Shown here piece by piece: positions 55,715 to 64,000 of a DNA stretch of 64,000 nucleotides. The stretch lies in contig OZ219866.1 of the NCBI GenBank assembly GCA_964291675.2, positions 1,120,001-1,184,000 on the forward strand, in the 5' to 3' direction. The notes below the pieces were generated by a model that worked only from the letters and a program-made list of their open reading frames with translations, did no database searches and was not told where the DNA came from. The position numbers and the translations under genes were made by a program. The number at the start of each line of letters is the position of its first letter. Position 1 is the stretch's first letter. This DNA is from Alphaproteobacteria bacterium. Lineage in GTDB: Bacteria; Pseudomonadota; Alphaproteobacteria; MPNO01.

Positions 55715-56311
55715 CTAACTATGGCGTACTTCCAGAAACTCGACCATTTCAACTTCCCCGGCGGGAATGAGAATGCTGGCGACTCCTTCGATGGGCTCCC
55801 GTCTGTCGTCATACAACCATTCACCCTCCGCGATGCGGAAATGTCCGTCGGCGGGATGGCTGGGCCACTCTTCCGGCCAGCCGAGAAGGCGCCGCTGCCC
55901 GTCCAGGTGCAAGACGACATAGGAGTCTCGGTGCCGGGAGAATGCCGAGTACCATTCGGACGGGTAAGAAGTCTCCTTGGTGATGCCGGCTCGGCGTAGA
56001 AACTTGTGCAAGGAGTCCGTGTTGGAGAAATAGGAGGCGAGCAGTCCCAGCACGACTGCGACAACGATGGAAAGTGCGGCCTCCCACGTCCCGGCCGCCG
56101 CGAGCTTCTCTTGCGCGCTAGACAGGGCCAGCAGGCAGTATTTCGTTATTGTCTGCCCGACCACAGTGAATATCAGCGCCACAACGACACGATCGAATGT
56201 GCCGGGCCTAGGATGGGATGTCAGAGAATAGAAGACGGCAGCGGCAACGAATCCCGGTAGGAGAAAGGTCAGGACGCCGACGAATTCACCGGATGCCCAG
56301 TCGATATCCAT
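55715..56311 (-). CDS. DUF6338-like membrane protein (N-terminal TMs plus C-terminal beta domain)
   Basis: LTFLLPGFVA, SEWYSAF, YVVLHL..RRL.GWPEEWPS, ILIP..EVEMVEF; lower GC than flanks. Confidence 0.8.
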   Translation of the reverse strand: MDIDWASGEFVGVLTFLLPGFVAAAVFYSLTSHPRPGTFDRVVVALIFTVVGQTITKYCLLALSSAQEKLAAAGTWEAALSIVVAVVLGLLASYFSNTDSLHKFLRRAGITKETSYPSEWYSAFSRHRDSYVVLHLDGQRRLLGWPEEWPSHPADGHFRIAEGEWLYDDRREPIEGVASILIPAGEVEMVEFLEVRHS

Positions 56312-56352
56312 CGCCCACAGCCCCACGCAGATTCACGATTTGTTCCAACCCC

Positions 56353-56380
56353 AGGATACCGACCCGTTGGATTGCGTCAA
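56353..56380 (-). promoter_or_regulatory. sigma70-type promoter for the DUF6338-like gene
   Basis: TTGACG-N16-TATCCT. Confidence 0.5.
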
Positions 56381-56431
56381 GCCCTTCCGTTTCTCGAATT
56401 TCCCGCCGGCCCTCGGCCGCGCGAGGTCCGG

Positions 56432-57256
56432 CTACGCGTCCCGGTTCGCCTCCTGCACCACCGCGCGGTCGTTGTAGCCGGCGAGGCTCCGCTCCATGGC
56501 GGCGACGCAAACCGGGTCGAGGTCGAAGCGCGGCTCGGGGTCCGGGTCCCAGTGGCCGTAGCGGTCCTCGCCGCGCACCAGCAGCGCCGAGCGGCGGCCG
56601 ATCGCCGAGCGCACCCGGGTCGGGATGTAGATGAAGGAGATCCCCATCCGGCGCCACGCGCTCCGGTTCGGCTCCGAGCCGTGGATCAGCCGCTCGTGGT
56701 GGATCGAGAACTGCCCCGCCCTGAGCACCAGGTCGACCGCGCCCGCATCGTCAATCCCCTCCAGCGTCTGGCCGCGCGACAGCAGATTGTCCGCGGCGTA
56801 GGTCTCGACATGGACCAGCTCCGCGCCGCGATGGCTGCCCGGGATCACCCGCACGCAGCCGCTCTCGGGCGTGGAATCGCTGAAGGCGAACCACACCGTC
56901 GCCTCCTCGTGCGGGTCGAGCCCGTAATAGGCCGAATCCTGGTGCCACGAGACATAGGACGGATCGCCCGCCCCCTTGAACCAGAAGGTCGACAGGTAGA
57001 CCAGCAGATCGGGGCCGAGCAAATCCTCCACCGCGTCGAGGATCGCCGGGTGGCGCGCCAGCCCGACCAGCCAGGGGAAGACGAGGTGGCCCTTGACGCG
57101 GAGCTCCTTCGTCGCGTCGACCCCGCTCGCGCGTTCGTAGTCCTCGATCCGGCGGCCGAGCGCCCGCGCCTCGTCCGCCCCCATCGCCTCGACCGGGCAG
57201 ACATAGCCGTCGCGTTCGAAGGCGGCGACCTGCGCCGCGCTCAGGATCTTGCCCAT
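56432..57256 (-). CDS. Phytanoyl-CoA dioxygenase (PhyH) family
   Basis: WHQD, GCVRVIPGSH, IHGSEPN..R. Confidence 0.92.
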   Translation of the reverse strand: MGKILSAAQVAAFERDGYVCPVEAMGADEARALGRRIEDYERASGVDATKELRVKGHLVFPWLVGLARHPAILDAVEDLLGPDLLVYLSTFWFKGAGDPSYVSWHQDSAYYGLDPHEEATVWFAFSDSTPESGCVRVIPGSHRGAELVHVETYAADNLLSRGQTLEGIDDAGAVDLVLRAGQFSIHHERLIHGSEPNRSAWRRMGISFIYIPTRVRSAIGRRSALLVRGEDRYGHWDPDPEPRFDLDPVCVAAMERSLAGYNDRAVVQEANRDA

Positions 57257-57266
57257 GGCGTCCTCC

Positions 57267-58127
57267 TCACACCCCCATCAGGCCGCGGACCGCGCGGGTC
57301 AGGCGTCCCTCCGGGTTCTGGTAGTCGAACACGATGTCGAAATGGTTGGTCTCCGCCATGTCGACATAATCGGCCGAGAACCCCTTCGCGCGCCATGCCG
57401 CGGCGTAGTCGTCGGTCTGGCGCTTGAACTCCGAGGTCTCGTTGCCGCCATAGGAGACGACCAGCGGGCAGCCCGCCTCCGGCAGATGGTGGATCGGGCT
57501 GTTACGCCGCGCCGCCGCCTCGTCGAGCCGGGCCCATTCGTTGACCTCCGAGAGCCGGATCGGCTCCAGGTCGAAGATGCCGGAGATCGCGCACGCCCCC
57601 TTGACGATGTCTTCCGGCACGCCGAGCTCCGCGTGCCAGCCGCCCGAGATCATCGCCCCGGTGAGATGCCCGCCGGCCGAGCTACCGGTGACGAAGATGC
57701 GCTCCGGATCGCCGCCGAACGAGCCCGCCTCGGCCCGGGTCCAGGCGAGTGCGCGGCGGCATTGCGCGACGATGACATCGAGGCTCGCTTCCGGCGCCAG
57801 GCTGTAATTGACCGTCACCACGGCGGCGCCGAGGCCCGCGAAGCACTCCGCCATGAAGGCGCTCTCCTTCTGGCTCAGCATGCGCCAGTAGCCGCCATGG
57901 ATGTAGAACAGCACCGGCGCGCCGCCGCGGGCGGGGAAGATGTCGACCACCTCGTCGGCGGTCTCGCCGTAGCGCACGTCCTCGCGGCAGTCGAGGGCCT
58001 CGCGCGCCCGCGCGCTGTCGGCGGCGTAGCGCGCGACCGCCGCCTCGAACACCTCGACCGGCACGGTGCCCCGCGCCCGGTATTCCGCATCCAGCGTCTC
58101 CTGGTCGAAGCCGCGATAGACCGCCAT
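57267..58127 (-). CDS. Alpha/beta hydrolase (kynurenine formamidase-like)
   Basis: IHGGYWR, GSSAGGHL, SGIFDLEP, NHFD. Confidence 0.9.
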   Translation of the reverse strand: MAVYRGFDQETLDAEYRARGTVPVEVFEAAVARYAADSARAREALDCREDVRYGETADEVVDIFPARGGAPVLFYIHGGYWRMLSQKESAFMAECFAGLGAAVVTVNYSLAPEASLDVIVAQCRRALAWTRAEAGSFGGDPERIFVTGSSAGGHLTGAMISGGWHAELGVPEDIVKGACAISGIFDLEPIRLSEVNEWARLDEAAARRNSPIHHLPEAGCPLVVSYGGNETSEFKRQTDDYAAAWRAKGFSADYVDMAETNHFDIVFDYQNPEGRLTRAVRGLMGV

Positions 58128-58143
58128 TGCCGTTCTCCTCTGT

Positions 58144-58899
58144 CTATCCGTGCCGGGCGGGGGCCGGGTCGCGCGGGATTCCGAGCCAATCCGCCAGCCG
58201 GTCCATCGTCCCGTCGAGCCGCCCGCGCGCGACGATCGCGCCATGGGTGTACCAGGCGAGCGCGATCATCAACACGGCGGCGAAGAACACGTCGCTCAGG
58301 AAATGCGCGCCCATCGCCATGCGCAGCGCCCCCACCGCCGAGCCGAAGCCCATCGCCGCCCAGAATACCCGCCGGCGCAGGCCGAGCGGCACCAGAAACG
58401 CAAGCGCCACGTAGGCGAAGCCGTAGGCCGCCTCGCCGGAGACGAAGGAGCAGTTGCGCTCGCACTGGTCGGCGACGACCAGCGGCGGGCTAAAAGCCTT
58501 GTCGCCGCCGAACTCGGCGATCTCGCGCGGCCGCGCCCGGTCCCAGTGGTCCTTGAGCACGTTGTTGACGATCAGCCCCGGCCCGAGGAGCGAGAACACG
58601 ACGAGGAAGCAGATCGACCGCCGGGTGAGCCCGAACAGGTAGCGGCCCCAGAGATGGCGGCAGACCACCGAGAGCGCGAGCCCGGCGAAGACGACATAGC
58701 CGATCCGGATGAACCCCCGGCGCAGGGTCTGGAGGTCGGGGTCGCGCGCCGCCGGGAACCCGGCACCGGGGTCGTGGAACAGCCCGGCGAAGAACAGGTC
58801 GATCTCGGGAAACCGGTAGAGGATCGCGCCGGCGATCGCCGAGACCGCGCAGAACGCGAGCAGGCTTCGCCGTCCGTCCATCGGGCTCCGTTCGTCCAT
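58144..58899 (-). CDS. PAP2 phosphatase, lipid A 4'-phosphatase (LpxF)-like
   Basis: LKDHWDRARP, CERNCSFVSGE, RMAMGAHFLSDV. Confidence 0.85.
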   Translation of the reverse strand: MDERSPMDGRRSLLAFCAVSAIAGAILYRFPEIDLFFAGLFHDPGAGFPAARDPDLQTLRRGFIRIGYVVFAGLALSVVCRHLWGRYLFGLTRRSICFLVVFSLLGPGLIVNNVLKDHWDRARPREIAEFGGDKAFSPPLVVADQCERNCSFVSGEAAYGFAYVALAFLVPLGLRRRVFWAAMGFGSAVGALRMAMGAHFLSDVFFAAVLMIALAWYTHGAIVARGRLDGTMDRLADWLGIPRDPAPARHG

Positions 58900-59002
58900 C
58901 GCGGCCTGCCGGGTGGCGTCGTGGCGCAGGGTATCGCCCGCCGGCGGCGATTGCATCAACCCCCTGCCCTCCTATGATGGGCCGCCGTTCGAGGAGGGTT
59001 GC

Positions 59003-59592
59003 GTGTCCACAGGGCGTTCGCTTGCCGCCGCGTTGTCGCTGATCGCCGGACTAGCAGCCATTCCCTCCGGGGCGGCGCGCGCCGACAAGGCGACCATGGG
59101 GCTGATCTCCGCCGGCACCGCCTTCCTCGCCTACAGCGCGGCGTTCAACCGGACGGAGGGCGAAGAGCCCGATTCGCTGTCCGTCGGCACCGGCGTGTCG
59201 GACCCGATCGACCGGGAACACACCGCGGGCATGTTCCAGGTCGAGTACCGGCCCGCGCTGTGGGGTCTGCGCACCGGGCCGGTGGCCGGGCTCGCGGCCA
59301 CGCTCGACGGCCGCTTCATCGGCTATGCCGGGCTGCGCCACGACATCCTGTTCGCCGGGCGCTTCCTGGTGTCCTTCAACCTTGCCGCGGCCGCCTACCG
59401 CATCGAGGGCGACACCGACGAGGTCCGCGGGCTGCCCCAGTTCCGCACCGGTTTCGACATCCAGTACAAGCTGCCCGGCGGGTCCAAGGTCGGGGTCGCG
59501 CTGCAGCACTACTCGAACGCCGAGGTGTTCGAGAAGAGCAACCCGGGCACCGAGACCCTCGCCTTCACCTTCACCATGCCGCTCAGCCTGTT

Positions 59593-59596
<4 letters not shown>
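59003..59596 (+). CDS. Lipid A 3-O-deacylase (PagL)/acyloxyacyl hydrolase family outer-membrane protein
   Basis: Signal peptide; QFR, QHYSNA..NPGTE catalytic motif; terminal F. Confidence 0.8.
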
Positions 59597-60408
<812 letters not shown>

Positions 60409-60495
60409 GGGTCTCGGTCGCTCCTCTGGCGGCTCTGGACGGTCGGGCGAAGCTACCCTAGAAGATCCGCCAGCGACACGGGAACGGGGACGGGA

Positions 60496-61473
60496 ATGGC
60501 GCTCAGACTCAGCTTCGCCTGCGGCAACTACGACCGCATGGACGCGCTCAAATCGGGCGAGGTCGCGCCCGAGGGCATCGACCTCGACTTCATCGGCATC
60601 GACGCGCCGCGCGAGATCTTCGACCGCATGATGGGGGAGAGCGCCTTCGACGTCTCGGAGCTGTCGTCCTCGGAGTTCGTCTCGATGACCGCCTCGGGCG
60701 ACCGCCGCTTCGTCGCACTCCCGGTCTTCCCCTCCAAGGCCTACCGCCACGGCTTCTTCTGCATCAACCGCAGGGCCGGGATCGCGGCTCCCAAGGACCT
60801 GGCGGGCAAGCGCATCGGCGTGCCGCTCTACACACAGACCGCCGCGGTCTGGTGCCGCGGCCATCTGGCCGAGGATTACGGCGTCGACCTGTCCGGCGTC
60901 GAGTGGGTCGAGGGCGCGGTCGAGAAGGGCGGCACCCACGGCACGCCGTCGGCGCCGCCGCTGTTGAAGCCGGCGCGCATCGTGCGGAACGAGACCGGGC
61001 GCTCGCTCAGCGAATTGCTGGCGGAAGGCGGGATCGACGCGCTGCTCGGCTCCCGGCTGCCGGACTCGCTGCGCACCCATCCGGACGTGGTCCGCCTGTT
61101 CCCCGACTTCCGCGAGGTCGAGAAGGCGCTCTACCGCACGCGGCGCATCCACCCGATCATGCACTTGGTGGCGATCAGGCGGGAGCTGCACGAGGCCGAC
61201 CCGTGGATCGCCCAATCCCTCTACGACGCCTTCGAGGCGTCCAGGGCGCTGGCGCTCGAACGCATGCGCAACTCGGCCGCCCAGCGCTACATGCTGCCCT
61301 TCCTGGTCTCCGACCTCGAGGAGATCGACGAGGTGTTCGGCGGCGACCCCTGGCGCTACGGCGTCGAGCCCAACCGCCCGACGCTGGAGGCGCTCGTGCG
61401 CTACCTGAAGGACCAGCACTTCATCGCCGAGGCGATGCCGGTCGACAGCCTGTTCGTTCCCGTGGAGGGGTGA
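60496..61473 (+). CDS. 4,5-dihydroxyphthalate decarboxylase-like / periplasmic-binding-fold protein
   Basis: ACGNYDR, FDVSELS, LPVFPS..RH, Y.QTAAVW.RG, IHPIMH, DPWRYG..NR. Confidence 0.85.
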   Translation: MALRLSFACGNYDRMDALKSGEVAPEGIDLDFIGIDAPREIFDRMMGESAFDVSELSSSEFVSMTASGDRRFVALPVFPSKAYRHGFFCINRRAGIAAPKDLAGKRIGVPLYTQTAAVWCRGHLAEDYGVDLSGVEWVEGAVEKGGTHGTPSAPPLLKPARIVRNETGRSLSELLAEGGIDALLGSRLPDSLRTHPDVVRLFPDFREVEKALYRTRRIHPIMHLVAIRRELHEADPWIAQSLYDAFEASRALALERMRNSAAQRYMLPFLVSDLEEIDEVFGGDPWRYGVEPNRPTLEALVRYLKDQHFIAEAMPVDSLFVPVEG

Positions 61474-61477
61474 AGGG

Positions 61478-61586
61478 CCCTTCGATACGCGGCTTCGCCG
61501 CTACTCAGGATGAGGGTTGGGGAGCTTCCCGCAGGACTACCCCTCATCCTGAGTAGCCCCCCGCAGGGGGGCGTATCGAAGGACGC
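61478..61586. repeat. Inverted doublet of REP-like element, copy 2
   Basis: CCTTCGATACGC..CTACTCAGGATGAGGG / CCCTCATCCTGAGTAG..GCGTATCGAAGG. Confidence 0.85.
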
Positions 61587-61674
61587 AGCGGGGTCCGCAA
61601 CGCTTCAACCCGAACCCCGCATGCTCTAGTTTGCCGACCACGACCATGCCTGTTCGAGCCGGGGAGGGGCCGCC

Positions 61675-62880
<1,206 letters not shown>

Positions 62881-62915
62881 GGGCGGGTCCGGGCGGGGCG
62901 CGGTCTCTCCACTCC

Positions 62916-62936
62916 GCCCCGGATCAGGTCCGGGGC
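62916..62936. repeat. REP-like hairpin GCCCCGGATCAGGTCCGGGGC between convergent genes (possible terminator)
   Basis: Perfect stem; same core as 63746-63765. Confidence 0.6.
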
Positions 62937-62962
62937 TCCGCGCCGCGCGCCCCGGTCGACGG

Positions 62963-63397
62963 TCAGGCGGCCTCTTCCACGGTGACCACCAGGCGCTTCC
63001 TGAAGCGGGCCAGGGCTTCCTCCAGCCTGCCGATCTTGGTGGCGTGGCGGGGATCGAGCATGCGGCGAACCTCGCTCTCCTGAATGCCCATGGCCGCCGC
63101 GAAGGCGCTGTTGGACAGCCGTCGTTCGCGCAGTGCCTCGTAGAGCGCCGCCTTGGCGGCCAGCACCGCGCCGGGCACCGCCGCAGGCCGGCCCCTGGCC
63201 GGGCTCGGCGTCGGGATATCCTCGCGCCGCGCGATGCGGCCCGCGAGCGCTTCTTCCAGGCAGTCCCCGGCTTCCGCGACCGCCTCGGCGAACGTGTCGC
63301 CGTCCGTGAACGCCTCCTCGAAGTCCGGGAAGGTGACCGAATAGCCGCCTTCGCGTTCCTTGTGAAGGTCGATGGGATAGCTGTACCGGGTTGCCAT
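62963..63397 (-). CDS. hicB: HicB antitoxin with C-terminal HTH
   Basis: GYSVTFPDF..AFTDGDT..EA; EVRRMLDP.H.TK. Confidence 0.92.
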   Translation of the reverse strand: MATRYSYPIDLHKEREGGYSVTFPDFEEAFTDGDTFAEAVAEAGDCLEEALAGRIARREDIPTPSPARGRPAAVPGAVLAAKAALYEALRERRLSNSAFAAAMGIQESEVRRMLDPRHATKIGRLEEALARFRKRLVVTVEEAA

Positions 63398-63409
63398 GGT
63401 CGAAACTCC

Positions 63410-63622
63410 CTAAAGATCGTTCGGGTCGATGCCGAGCTGCCTGCACATGCCGAAAAGCGTGCCCGTCTTGAGCGGCTTGCTGCGGTCCTTCACCACGGTA
63501 TGGCGGTCGCCGTAGTACAGGGTGCCGTGACTCCCTTTGCCCCTTGCCCGGTCGAACCTGACCGCGATCCCATTCCTGCGCGCCGGCTTTCTCACCCTCG
63601 CTATGAATTCACGCCCGTTCAC
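63410..63622 (-). CDS. hicA: HicA mRNase toxin
   Basis: RGKGSHGTLYYG, GTL..MCRQLGI; GTG start. Confidence 0.9.
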   Translation of the reverse strand: MNGREFIARVRKPARRNGIAVRFDRARGKGSHGTLYYGDRHTVVKDRSKPLKTGTLFGMCRQLGIDPNDL

Positions 63623-63633
63623 GGGTCGATAAG

Positions 63634-63685
63634 TCGCACAAAAATGCGCGAATGGACAATCGTTGTCTCGAACAATTTTGCGCGA
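63634..63685. promoter_or_regulatory. Two imperfect palindromic HicB operators
   Basis: TCGCACAAAAATGCGCGA (63634-63651) and TCGAACAATTTTGCGCGA (63668-63685). Confidence 0.6.
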
Positions 63686-63733
63686 GCCGGTGACGAAGAG
63701 GCGCGGGGAGAACCCCCTCCCTGCTACCCCCCT

Positions 63734-63810
63734 CGTCATGCCCGGCCCCCGGATCAAGTCCGGGGGTGATCCGGGGGCCGGCCATGACGGGAGCGGGGCC
63801 GGCCATGACG
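63734..63810. repeat. Composite REP-like element (GTCATG...CCGGATCAAGTCCGG...CATGAC) with duplicated GGGGCCGGCCATGACG
   Basis: Nested hairpins and tandem duplication of the right end. Confidence 0.7.
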
Positions 63811-63926
63811 GTGAGGGCGAGGGAAGGAACGCTTCCGGCCCGGCCGGGCGGTCACGCCAACCGGGGCTTTCGCCCCGGCCGGTTCGGCGGCACAATGGGC
63901 GCGCCAACCGTGCCGGGAGGGGCGCC

Positions 63927-64000
63927 ATGCCCAAGGTGCTGACAGAGGCCGAGGTCTCGCAGTTCTGGAACGAGGGGTACTGCTTTCCCTTCGATTGCCT
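63927..64000 (+). CDS. Start of a probable second PhyH-family dioxygenase (3' truncated)
   Basis: MPKVLTEAEVSQFWNEGYCFP resembles the N-terminus of 56432..57256; GGGAGG RBS. Confidence 0.6.
   Translation, partial: MPKVLTEAEVSQFWNEGYCFPFDC

Overview
Very GC-rich chromosomal window from an alphaproteobacterium, probably Rhodospirillales-like (inferred from gene content and order). Bases 1-24 kb are the origin-proximal core: purK end, a perfect parS, COQ9-def, rpsT-dnaA-dnaN-recF-gyrB, ABC-F, PBP1A, fused indolepyruvate oxidoreductase and tkt-gap-pgk. Bases 24-64 kb are an accessory catabolic region: CoA ligases and hydratases, Rieske oxygenases, two split ThDP decarboxylases, amidohydrolases, an OxyR-like regulator, MMPL and lipid A-remodelling enzymes. 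This region is interspersed with toxin-antitoxin modules and two families of palindromic REP-like repeats. I found no rRNA, tRNA, CRISPR array or intact transposase. Most interesting: (i) a DUF6338-like membrane protein followed by an unannotated 44-aa polyproline peptide with its own RBS, in frame beyond an amber stop; (ii) a tightly spaced three-gene cassette near the origin (MPKGP-type basic protein, HicB-like, HicA-fold protein lacking the catalytic His); (iii) OxyR facing an aldolase/decarboxylase operon instead of a catalase or peroxidase; (iv) two single-base frameshifts; (v) a structured intergenic RNA candidate. Family assignments come from motif recognition, not database searches.
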